From Chloroflexota bacterium (GTDB lineage: Bacteria > Chloroflexota > UBA11872 > VXNJ01), in contig OZ253449.1 in assembly GCA_965261345.1 (NCBI GenBank), forward strand, positions 1,376,001 through 1,440,000: 64,000 nt of DNA, in the 5' to 3' direction. This document shows, piece by piece, positions 32,800-43,919 of the stretch. The notes beneath the pieces were generated by a model that had not been told where the DNA came from, ran no database searches, and saw only the letters and a program-made list of their open reading frames with translations. A program made the position numbers and the translations under genes. Each line of letters starts with the position of its first letter. Within the stretch, counting starts at the first letter, position 1.

Positions 32800-35700
32800 G
32801 TGCTCGCACGTCCCACCAGCCCGCGATCGTGGATCAATTCCGCGTTGCCGGCCGTTTGTCTGGCGCTGCTGGCGATCGCATTTTTCTTCGCCGGAGAAAC
32901 CACCCGGGCGCAGTCGGTTGAGCCTGGATCAGGTTCCCAATCGACGAATCCGGCGCTGCGATCGCAGGCGATCCAAGCCGTGGGGCTGACGGCAGCTCCC
33001 ACCAGCTTTCTCAATGTTGGCGACCTCGACCGCACCCGTCAGGGTAACGATCGGGCGGCAGAAAACGGTTTGCCCGATGTGGTGGACCCCATTTCGGGAC
33101 ACTGGTTCCCCAGCTGGGAAGAAGTCCATATCTATTGGCCGGTAAATTCCGGCGACGGCGGATCTGCGATTACCCACTACGAACTGCAGATAGATGAAGG
33201 CGAGTGGATGTCCACCGCCGGCGCCGACTGGAAGGGCTGCACGCTGCATTCTGATTGGGCATCGACGTCAGCAAGGACGGCGTCGGTCTAATCCCTGGCA
33301 ATTCGTATCAGATACGGGTCAGGGCTGTAAACGCCAACGGCGCCGGCGAGGCTGGCAGCACATCGATCACCTTGACGGTGCCGCCAAACGCGCCCGAACC
33401 AAGCGCTGAGTCGGGCGACAACAACATCACTTTGAGCTGGGATGAACCAGCAGATGGCGGGTCGCCGATAACCGGCTACGGCGTTACCTATTTCAAGTAC
33501 CAGGATGCCGCTCCGCCGGTTTTTGTCCAGACAACGCAATTGGCGGTGACCCATGTGGGAGCATCCTCCTCACACACACTTGATGCCCTTGAAGGCGGAA
33601 CCAGTTACCTGTTCCATGTGTGGGCGATAACTGACGCCGGCTGGGGCCCGGGAGGGTCAATTTCAGCCATTCCCGGTCCGGCCGCCGCCCCGGCGCCGAC
33701 GACGATCGCCCACCTCCACGCGGGCAACGAGTCGTTGGTCGTTAACTGGAGCGCCCCATCCCAACCCGGTGCCGCAATAACTGAGTACGACCTCCGATAC
33801 AAAGCGGGTGGGGATGACGATGCCGAATGGCTTGAAGTTGATGCCGTCTGGGATTCTGGCGATGAGGGTGAACTGAGCTACGTATTGGATGGGTTAACTA
33901 ACGCGCAGATCTACTCAGTCCAAATCCTGGCCGAAAACTCCGAAGGCGAAAGTTCATGGTCGGCGGCAGCGTCCGGGACCCCGCAGGCCGATGCCGGGGG
34001 CGCGCCCGATTGGGGTCAACCGTCAATTACCGGCACCGCCGCCGTGGGGCGAAAGCTCACCGTCGACATTACCAGCCTCAACAACCCCGACGACGCGCTT
34101 CACCATTTCGGTTTCCGGTACCGGTGGCTGCGTTCGGGGACCCCCATATCCGGGGCCACCGGGGCAAGTTACATCCTCAGCGAAGCGGACCGCGACCAGG
34201 CAATCGCGGTTCGGGTCACGTTTCTAACCAAACGCGGGTACGCGCTCAGCTCAACCAGTGATCCAACCGACCCTGTGACCGGTCCCGGCGGCGGACAAAT
34301 ATCGTGCAGCGTGGCGGCGGTCACAGACACCGATGCCCGGGTGGCCAGCCGGCAATTGGCCGATCCCGGATCGAATCGTATTCAACCCGGCGCGGCCAAA
34401 TCAGATACCCCAAACGTGGTCAGCAAGGCCGCTGAATAAGCAAGCACCGTCGGCACGCGAGCCGATGGCGAAGCGGAAGAAGTTGTGTTCGATGTGGACG
34501 AAAACACCGCCGCGTTTGAGCACATCGGCGCCCCGGTGGCGGGCCCGGTCGTCAACCGGATCTATGCCTATTCGCTGGCAAATGGGCACATTTCCTTCTT
34601 TGGCATCAACGGCAAAACCGGGCAGCTGCTCATCGGCGCACCGCTCGACTTTGAGGACCGTTCTGAATATGAAGTGGTAGTCATTGCCCGGGATGGCTCC
34701 GGTGGAACCGCCCGCATCCCGGTGACGATTAACGTAAACAACCTCGACGAACCAGGGATCGTATCACTCTCATGGCGGAAACCGCAAATTGCGGTTGCGG
34801 TGGAAGCATCGCTCAGCGATCGCGACGGGGATGTTTCCGCGGTCACCTGGAAGTGGTTGCGCGGTGATGGTCCAAGAGGCGCGTTCTCCGAAATCAACAA
34901 TGCGACGTCGGCGACCTACACCCCAGGGAGCGCCGATGTCGGCAAATACCTGCGCGCGTCTGCCAACTACACCGATATATTGGGACCATCCAAAAACGCC
35001 AGTGCGACTTCGTTAGTGCCGGTGCGGACGGCGCAATCGCCAAACACCGCCCCTGCGTTCTACCTAGAGCCAAACGTCTACACGACTGGCTACGACTGCG
35101 ATCCGCACGTGGAGGCCAAGTTTTGCGTGCGCCTTCCCCGGTACACGACCCCGGGCGCGTCCGTCTACTATCCGACCAAAGCTGGAGATTTGGATCACGA
35201 TGAAGTCAAGTATTCAATCGGTGGCACCGAATCGGATAAATTCGCCATCAACGAGTTCAACGGGGAGTTGCTTACCGCGGCCCGATTCGACGACGTTGCC
35301 AATCCTCCCGGCCCAGGGGACAAAACCTACCAATTAACGATTACGGCCAGCGATCCGTCGGGCGCCTCAAATTCAATTGCCGTCGAAATCGAACTGACGG
35401 GAAGTCGCGGAGCAGTGGTGGTGGAAGGTCCACGCGAGATCAAATTCCCTGAAAACGGAACCTGGCGGGTGGCCGCGTACAGGGCCACCATCACAAAGGA
35501 TTCAGCCCCCTTCGAGGTCAAGGGATGGCTGGTTAGTGTCGAGCCGGGCGGCGGCGACGGTGATTACTTTGACATTGATGGTGACGGCATTCTCAGGTTT
35601 ACAAGCCCGCCTGACTTTGACAACCCAAAGGACAGTGGCAACAACAACGAATACAACTTCAGTCTGACGGCCTACAACCCCAATCCTCCCAACGGCGGGA

Positions 35701-38700
35701 AGCCACAGCAAACCTTCATCCGAATTACGGTAATCGTTACCGATTCGCGCGATGAATTTGAGATACGCGGGCTGGCATCAGTCGCCTACCCCGAAAACGG
35801 CACCCATCCGGTTGCCAGTTACACTGCGCCCAACGGGGTGGGGACCCTGACCTGGTTGCCACCGGACGGCGCCGACGGCGCCAAATTTACGATCGATGGC
35901 TCCGGGGTGCTCAGGTTTAGATCACCGCCGGACTTTGAAGCCAACGCCAGCGCCGACGGCGACAGCGCCTATGTCGTAAGCGTGGTCGTGCGCGACCAAA
36001 ACGAGACCCTGCGCAAGGATTTCGTTCAGATCGACGTTACCGACGTAAACGAACCGCCGGCATTTGACGAGGGGGCCAGCGCGATCCGAAACGTCGACGA
36101 CAACGCTGCCGCTGGAGACCCGGTAGGTAACCCCGTAACCGCCACCGACCCGGACGCGGGGGCAATGCTCACCTACTCCCTGGGCGGCACCGACGCGGCG
36201 TTATTTGAGATCGAGAACGACACCGGTCAATTGAAAACATCCACCGAACCGCTCGACCCCCAGTTGACCTACACGGTCTCCGACGGAATGCCCGACCCTT
36301 CCGCCGACGATTCCATAACGATCACGCTATCGGTGATCGACATCAACGAGTGGCCGGAATTTGATGACGGTTTGGACACGTCGATCAACGTTCCCGAAAA
36401 CACTCCGGTAGGTGCCGACATCGGTGATCCATACACCGCGACCGACCCTGAAAACGACCCCAAAACCTACACCCTGGGTGGGGACGATCAGGCTTTCTTC
36501 GACATCAATTCCGCCACCGGCCAGCTTTTGCTGGACGATGTGCTGGACTACGAGTCCCTCAAAAAGAGCTACTCAATAACCATCTACGTGAGCGATAACA
36601 AGGATCAACTCGGCAATCGCGACACCGCTCCCGACGACGAAATTGGCGTTACCGTCAACGTGACCGACGTAAACGAACCGCCGCAGCTTCCCGCCGGCCC
36701 AATCACCCTGGTAGTGCCCGAGAACTCAGGGCCAGACCGGGACATTGGAAACCCGCTCACCGCCACCGATCCCGAAGGCGATTTCCTAACGTATTCCCTC
36801 GACGATGTCAGCGCGCTTACGTTCGACATCCTTGCCCTCGTTGGCCAGCTAACGACCAAGGCCGCACTCGACCATGAGGCCAACCCCAGCTACACCGTCT
36901 CCGTCTCGGTGAGTGATGGCAAGAACGAAGCCGGCGACGCTGACCCGAGCGCCGACGACACCATCAGCGTGACCATCAACGTGACTGACGTTAACGAATC
37001 GCCGACTTTGATGAGCGGCCCTATCACGTTGGAGGTGGATGAGAACCAGCGTGCCGGGACAAATATTGGCAACCCGCTGGTGGCGGAAACCGACCCCGAA
37101 AACGATCGTCTAACTTACACCTTGAGCGGGAACGGGGACGAGGTTTTCTTCGAGGTTGACTCAACCGGCCAGCTAAAGACCAAGGCCGTGCTGGACTTCG
37201 AGCACAGCCACGGTCCCAGCTACTTCGTAACCGTCTCGGTGACCGACGGCAAGGATCAGAACTTTAACCCCGACATGGCCTCCGACGACGAAATTGACGT
37301 GACCATCAATGTGGCCGATGTCAATGAACCACCGCGTTTTGCCGATCGCGCGCCCACCCGATCGGCGCTAGAGACCAGTTCCATCGGTGATTTCATCGGT
37401 GGCCCGATATCCGCAATCGACCCCGAGAACCGAGCTTTAACCTACACCCTGGGCGGCCGGCACGCAGCTTCGTTTGGCATCATCAACTCCACCGGCCAAC
37501 TCCAGGTAGATAGCACGCTGGACTTTGATATCCGGTCGCGCTATACCGTCACCGTCTCAGTCAGCGACGGCGAGGACTCGGGCTTTAACTCCGATCCGGC
37601 CATCGACGACACCGTCACCGTCACCATTAACGTGACCGATGCCAACCGCGCCCCCCAATTTCCGGGCACTACCGCGACCCGCTCAATTCCGGAAAACACT
37701 CCAGCAGGGGATTTCGGCGAACCAGTATCGGCGACCGACGACGAGGGCGACCGGCTGACCTACTCCCTGGGCGGTACCGATTCGGCTTTCTTTGACCTGG
37801 ACCCTGAAAGCGGCCAACTAAAGACCTTGGCCGCGCTCGATTACGAGCACAGCCACGGTCCCAGCTACTCGGTGACCGTATCGGTTACCGATAGCAAGGC
37901 CGAAGACGGAACCCTGGACGAGACCGTCGACGATATGGTGGCGGTCACGGTCGAAGTGGATGACATCGCGGTCCCGCTTGTTCCGGCAGCCCCATCGGTG
38001 GCCCCGGGAGGGGATAGGGCCCTGAGCATTACCTGGATTGCAGGGAATGCCGGGGTCAACCAACCGATTGAAAGTTATGAGGTTCGCTACCGGGTCAAAG
38101 ACGGCTTGAACCCCAATTGGACCGAAAACGTCAGCAATGTTTCAGTCTCGGGCAACAGCGCCACCATTGATGAACTCGATTACGACGTGATCTATGAGGT
38201 GCAGCTACAGGCCAGGAACAGCGAAGGTCCAAGCGGATGGTCCGGAACGGGCGAAGGCCAGACTGACCTGCTCAAACTTTCGGTGGCCTATGGCCAGGCA
38301 AGTTACAGCGTCAATGAGGGGGACGATCTCTCGGTCATGGTTACGGTTTCACCGGCCACCGATCGCGAATTGGAGATTCCAATCTCGGTTGCACCTGGAA
38401 GCGCTGAAACCGAGGACTACGAGGTCTCCGGCCTGTCCAATGACGCATTGGTGTTCGCGATAGATAGTGCACAAATGCTCTTTACGATCACCACCGTAGA
38501 TGATGCCGACGGCCGCAACGAAGTGCTAACCCTTACATTCGGGCCGCTGCTTCCGGGCGATGTCTCCACCGGCGTCCCGGCATCGGCCCGGGTAACGATA
38601 GTTGACGGCGATCGCTCCACCACCGGCGGCGGCGGCGGCGGCGGCGGCGGAGGCGGGTTGAGGAACCGGCGCGCCACGGGTAAACCGGTCATTTCAGGGC

Positions 38701-39767
38701 TGCCCGAGGTTGACCAGGAATTGACTGTATCCACCGACGGAATCGCCGACCTTGACGGCCTTACAAACGTTTCCTACAGCTACAACTGGATTCGTGAGCT
38801 GGATGGATCTATAACGGTCATCCCTCTTCAATCGGGTGACAGCTACACGCTTACCGAAGCTGATATCGATCACACGATCCGGGTCAGGGTCAGCTTCCGC
38901 GACGATCGCCGCAATTCAGAATCGCTAACCAGCGACCCGACCGCGCTGGTCGCGGCCGCTTTTGGGCGCCGATCATCCCAGCAGCCGCCCACCCAGGCCG
39001 AGCCCAACGCCTTTTCACCGTCCGAGGCGCCCATCATTACCGTCTTGGACAACCGCTACGTCGAGGGGCCGGGCAATGAAAACCTCAAACACAACATCCC
39101 CAACCTTGAGATTGCCTGGAAAGATATCACCCGGACGGCGGACTTCCTTACCCATTACGACATCACCGGGGGCCTTGAGCGCTGGGGCTATCCGGTGTCC
39201 GAAGTGCTGGTGCTCGAATCCGGCGCGTTAACGCAGTTCTATCAGCGCGGTGCGGTCGATTTCCACAATGTCGGCCAGGGCTGGGCGATCGAGCGCCGGC
39301 TCACCTGGGAGTACGTCGGCGGCATCAACAGTCGGGCAGGCGATCAGGGCACCGAGCCATTCCTGACCAACCCGCATCCGGGCAATTTGACCGGTCCCTG
39401 GGGCCACAAGGTCTCCAACTATTCAGTCGATGGGGTGGAGGTCCATTTCGCCGAAGTCCACAACCGGCTGGGGCAAACGCTCGCATTCGGATTCCCGTTA
39501 TCAGACGCCCGAATCAACTTCCTGGTGCCGGGGCTCCTGCATGCACCGAGCACAACGCCTGGATTCGTGCGCCAGTTCTTCCAGGCCGCGATATTTGAAT
39601 ACCACCCGATCTATCCCGCCAACCCGGTCATGCTCACATTGCTGGGCGACATCCTGCGCGACATCCTTGTACCCAACCACGCCATCCACGCGCCGTTCAA
39701 CGCCCAGCCGGAACTTGAAATAGGGCAGCTTTACAAGCCCTATTACGTAAATGACGCGGTTGGCTAA
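32800..39767 (+). CDS. Giant surface protein/adhesin (Fn3, many cadherin-like repeats, Ig-like and Calx-beta-like domains, Chloroflexi-type C-terminal module), broken by one frameshift near 33255 and one in-frame TAA at 34437
   Basis: Signal-like LALLAIAFFFAGETTRAQ; Fn3 motifs (DGGSPITGY, YQIRVRAVN, YEVQLQARN); cadherin motifs (ATDPE, LDYE/LDFE, VTDVNEPP) repeated; ORFs 33255 and 34485 are in the same frame across the TAA; C-terminal GGLERWGYPVSE..QFYQRG / FGFPLSDA..QFFQAAIFEYHP. Confidence 0.85.
38625..38657 (+). repeat. (GGC)8 microsatellite within an 11-Gly linker
   Basis: GGC x8 followed by GGAGGCGGG. Confidence 0.9.
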
Positions 39768-40006
39768 AGCGGCCCAGATCGTAAAAAGATTGGGCGTTGG
39801 CGGGAAATTTTGCAAGTTGCCGCCCGCTCGCCCCAAATACTGCCCCGTCAGGCTGCCGGAGGCGTCTCTTAGTTTCCAGAGCCCTCGTCAACTAGTGCTT
39901 TGAAAATAAGCTGCGGTCATCGGCCAACGCCGGATCGAATTTGCGCCGCATAGGCGTGATATGCTGACTGCGTTAGGTGGCTAGTTCCTAAGATTGAGGG
40001 GCAGGG

Positions 40007-41413
40007 GTGGCGGACGACAAAGTTGCGTTGTTTGCGCATTTGATGCGCCGAGCCGGCTTCGGGGCGACCAGGCCCGAGCTGGAGGAATTGGCCTTGCGCG
40101 AATACGAGGCCGTGGTCGAGGACCTGGTCAATCCGGAGCGGTTTCCACCGATCGAGGACGACATCCTAGAACGGTACTACACCAACCTGAACTCATGGGA
40201 ACCGATCAATGTTTACGCCGGTGCCTGGATGTACCGGATGATCAACAGCAAGCGCCCCTTAGAAGAGAAGATGGCGCTCTTTTGGCACCACGTTTTCGCG
40301 ACCGGCTTTCACAAGAACGAGCATGTCCCGGCCGCGGTCGACCAGATCGCCATGTTTCGCCGCAACGGCCTTTCAAAATTCCGCGACATCCTCCTTGACC
40401 TGTCCCGCGACCCGGCAATGATCGACTGGCTAGACAACGCCGAGAACCACAATGGCGCCATAAACGAGAACTACGGGCGAGAGCTGCTGGAGCTGTTCTC
40501 GATGGGCGTGGGCAATTACACCGAAACCGATATCAAGGAGGCCTCGCGAGCTTTTACCGGCTGGACGTTCGAGCAACCGATACCGCTATACCCTTGCGGG
40601 CTCTTTCAGGCCCGGTTCGCCTACCGCGCCGACGACCACGATGACGGCGAGAAGACCTTCCTCGGCCACACTGGGCGCTTCAACGGGCAGGACATCATCG
40701 ACATCATCGTTCGGCAACCGGCAACCGCCAGGTTCATCTGCAGGCACCTGTACAACTTCTTCGTCGCCGACGAACCGCAGGTGCCGGCCTGGGAGACGGT
40801 GCCCCCACAGGACCCGGACGCCATCGAAACGATGGTAGAGGCCTTCACCGATTCTGACGGGGAGATTCGAACGGTGATGCAAGTCCTGCTTAACTCGGAC
40901 TTCTTCAAGGACGCCCGCTACCAGAAAGTCAAGAGCCCGGCCGAGTTCGTGGTCGGCGCGGCGCGGCTGTCGGGGGTCCACCGGTTTCCGCAGCCGGGGC
41001 TCGGCAACCTGGTGAACGCCGCCGTGGTCATGGGTCAGTTTCTCTTTAACCCACCCACGGTCGAGGGCTGGCACACCGGCAAGGAATGGATTGATGGTGG
41101 CACGCTCAACGAGCGAGTCAACTTTGCCGTCGACCTGGTCGCGGACACTTCCAAGCCGGGTATCTCGCAACTGATTAACAGCCTGCGTACCGACTCTGTG
41201 CAAACGGGTCGCCTCAATCCGCAGGAATTTGTGGACAAATGCCTTGATCGGGTCGGCGCCCTTGAAGTGGAAGATAACACCCGGGCGGTTCTCATCCGGC
41301 ACGCCGAGTCCATCGGCGGCCTCGATCTCAATGATGATGACGATCGGGTCGCCAGTAACGTGGCGAGCGTGCTGCGGCTAATAGTATCGTCGATGGAGTA
41401 CCAGTTCGCTTAA
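40007..41413 (+). CDS. DUF1800 family protein
   Basis: HLMRRAGFG, LEEKMALFWHHVFAT, NENYGRELLELFSMG, SRAFTGW, HDDGEKT, PPTVEGW, EYQFA. Confidence 0.9.
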   Translation: MADDKVALFAHLMRRAGFGATRPELEELALREYEAVVEDLVNPERFPPIEDDILERYYTNLNSWEPINVYAGAWMYRMINSKRPLEEKMALFWHHVFATGFHKNEHVPAAVDQIAMFRRNGLSKFRDILLDLSRDPAMIDWLDNAENHNGAINENYGRELLELFSMGVGNYTETDIKEASRAFTGWTFEQPIPLYPCGLFQARFAYRADDHDDGEKTFLGHTGRFNGQDIIDIIVRQPATARFICRHLYNFFVADEPQVPAWETVPPQDPDAIETMVEAFTDSDGEIRTVMQVLLNSDFFKDARYQKVKSPAEFVVGAARLSGVHRFPQPGLGNLVNAAVVMGQFLFNPPTVEGWHTGKEWIDGGTLNERVNFAVDLVADTSKPGISQLINSLRTDSVQTGRLNPQEFVDKCLDRVGALEVEDNTRAVLIRHAESIGGLDLNDDDDRVASNVASVLRLIVSSMEYQFA

Positions 41414-41520
41414 GGGCGGGGGACTTGAATCCTCCTTAGCTGAAGCTGGAAGGGGAGACGGTGGAGTGCGCGCACGAGAAGGCCGAAACGGCCACATGAT
41501 CCACTGGGGGACGGGACACC

Positions 41521-42690
41521 GTGGCAGGTAGCAAAAAACCTCCGGTCCTGGTTGTTTTGCAGCTTTCCGGCGGCAACGACTTTATGAACTCGGTTATCCC
41601 CTACACAAATCCGGTCTACCACGACGCCCGGCAGGCCCTGGCGATACCGGAGGACGAGGTCCTACCGATTAACAGCTCGCTGGGTTTCCACCCCAACCTG
41701 GGCCCGCTCAAGGAACTCTTCGACCAGGGTTCGGTCGCTATTGTTCAGGGTGTTGGCTACCCCAATTCCAGTCGGTCCCACTTCCGCGCAATGGACATCA
41801 TGCACACCTGCGAGCCCGATAAGGTGGGCATTGAAGGTTGGGTGGGCCAGGCAACGCGCCAGCTGGACCCGGGCCACGCTTCGGTCCTAACAACGGTAAA
41901 CATCGGCCGTGGGATGCCGCGGGCGCTGGCCTGTCCCGGCGTACCGATCACTTCGGTCGGCGACCTGGACCGGTATGGCCTAATGTCTGGGATCGCCGCG
42001 GCCCAGCAGCGGTCCGAAGCCCTGGAGCGGTTCCAGGAGATGTACGCTCCGGCCATAGGTAGCGGCCCGGTCGCCGATTACATCGCCCGGACCGGCTTGG
42101 ATGTGATCAAAAGCGCGGAGTTGCTAAAAAAGGCCCCCGAGGCCTATGAGTCGAGCGTGGAGTATGCCGACAACTCGGTGGCCCAGGGCCTGCGGGACGT
42201 GGCAAGGGTGCATTTGGCCGGCCTGGGTACGCGCATCTTCTATGCTCAGCACGGTGGATACGACACCCATGCCATTCAAAACCCGACCCACCCCAGGCTG
42301 CTTACCGAGCTGTCTGGCGCGATAAAGGCATTCTTCCAGGACCTTCGCGATCACGAAGCCGACGACGAGGTCGCCATGCTGGTGTTTACCGAGTTCGGCC
42401 GCCGGATGATAGGCAACGGCAGCGGTACCGATCACGGTTCCGGCGGCGGCGCGTTCATCATCGGCAAACAGGTCAACGGAGGGCTCTACTGTGAGTACCC
42501 GTCGCTTGATCCGGGCCAATGGCTCAACGGGGAGGATCTCCAGCACACGGTCGATTACCGGAGCGTGTACGCCACGATGCTCGATCAGTGGTTGAGCGTA
42601 AACCCCACCGAGATCGTCGGCGGAAACTACGAGCAGATCCAACCGTTCAAACAGGGCGGCTCGCCGGTTTTGGCCCCCGGGCTGGCCTAG
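41521..42690 (+). CDS. DUF1501 family protein (alkaline phosphatase/sulfatase-like fold)
   Basis: LVVLQLSGGND, GVGYPNSSRSHF, GGYDTH, TEFGRR, GTDHG, DYRSVYAT. Confidence 0.9.
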   Translation: MAGSKKPPVLVVLQLSGGNDFMNSVIPYTNPVYHDARQALAIPEDEVLPINSSLGFHPNLGPLKELFDQGSVAIVQGVGYPNSSRSHFRAMDIMHTCEPDKVGIEGWVGQATRQLDPGHASVLTTVNIGRGMPRALACPGVPITSVGDLDRYGLMSGIAAAQQRSEALERFQEMYAPAIGSGPVADYIARTGLDVIKSAELLKKAPEAYESSVEYADNSVAQGLRDVARVHLAGLGTRIFYAQHGGYDTHAIQNPTHPRLLTELSGAIKAFFQDLRDHEADDEVAMLVFTEFGRRMIGNGSGTDHGSGGGAFIIGKQVNGGLYCEYPSLDPGQWLNGEDLQHTVDYRSVYATMLDQWLSVNPTEIVGGNYEQIQPFKQGGSPVLAPGLA

Positions 42691-42723
42691 CGATCGGATC
42701 ACCCGTCTCCTAAGAGGTGCGAC

Positions 42724-43737
42724 ATGGAACGACCGTACGCCTTGCTGCGAGCAGGATTCCCGTATGTAAAGACCATCGGCATGCGGCGCATCACCAGCTA
42801 TCCAATGGATGCGATGGTAACTAACGACGACGAGATCTTCGTGCTGTGCCGCGGGGAAATAATCGCCGAGATTAGGCGGACCAACTGGGATGACGTGGAC
42901 CATGGCGCCATCGGCGGTTTGGGTACAGGCGACGGTCAGTTGCTGTGGCCGGTGTCGCTGGCAATGGACCGGTCGGGAAAAATTTACGTCTCCGACGAGG
43001 CCCTCAATCGGATATCGATCTTTGACACCGGGGGCCAGTTCCTGGGCAAATGGGGTGAGCCGGGCAGTGGTGACGGACAGCTAGATCGGCCGTCGGGAAT
43101 TGCTTTTGATGCCGATGAGAACCTCTACGTAGTCGACACGCTAAATCATCGTGTCCAAAAATTCACCCGCGACGGCTCCTTCCTGATGAAATGGGGCGCC
43201 TTTGGCCAGGGCGAGGGCCAATTCAACATGCCCTGGGGGATCTGCGTGGACGAGTTGGGCGACGTGTATGTGGCCGATTGGCGCAACGACCGCATCCAGA
43301 AATTTGGCGCCGAGGGCCAGTTCGTAATGTCAGTCGGCTGCTCGGGCAGCGGCGACGGGATGTTTAGCCGGCCTACCGGCGTTGCGGTGGACCGCGACGG
43401 CGACATCTACGTTGCCGATTGGGGCAACGATCGGGTTCAGCAGTTCGCCGCCAACGGGAGGTACCTGGAGTCCTTCATCGGCGACGCTACGCTTTCACAG
43501 AGCGCGACCAAATACGTGTTGGCAAACGCCAAGCCCATGCGGTTGCGGGAGATGACATCGCTTGAGCCGCAGAAGCGGTTCCGCCGACCCACGTCGGTTT
43601 TGGTCGACGGCCAGGGAAGGATGTTCGTGACCGATTTTGGCTCCTGCCGGGTCCAGGTCTACCAAAAGCAGGCCATCGCCCTGACGCCGGATCAGATCTC
43701 GCCCGAGCTCCGTGCCCCGACCTTATTTACCGGATAG
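42724..43737 (+). CDS. NHL-repeat beta-propeller protein
   Basis: Repeated G.GDGQ(L/F)..P.G.A.D..G.(I/V)YV.D..N.R(V/I)Q.F. Confidence 0.92.
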   Translation: MERPYALLRAGFPYVKTIGMRRITSYPMDAMVTNDDEIFVLCRGEIIAEIRRTNWDDVDHGAIGGLGTGDGQLLWPVSLAMDRSGKIYVSDEALNRISIFDTGGQFLGKWGEPGSGDGQLDRPSGIAFDADENLYVVDTLNHRVQKFTRDGSFLMKWGAFGQGEGQFNMPWGICVDELGDVYVADWRNDRIQKFGAEGQFVMSVGCSGSGDGMFSRPTGVAVDRDGDIYVADWGNDRVQQFAANGRYLESFIGDATLSQSATKYVLANAKPMRLREMTSLEPQKRFRRPTSVLVDGQGRMFVTDFGSCRVQVYQKQAIALTPDQISPELRAPTLFTG

Positions 43738-43919
43738 GCCGCAACGTTAAGTTCGCAGCCGGGGCCCGATGACCCAATTGACCCCAGACGGCAGCCTCAC
43801 ATTGCGTTCGCCCGCAGCGCAGGCGACATCTGCCCGATTGCCGACAGTTCGAGGTGGTGGCACAAAGTGTTAGATCCTCACCCTAGAAATCAACTACCAC
43901 CGGGGAGGAACTAGGCACC

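Noticed and set aside
41412-41440. tRNA T-arm-like string GGATTCAAGTCCCCC on the minus strand
   Set aside because: No D arm, anticodon arm or acceptor pairing
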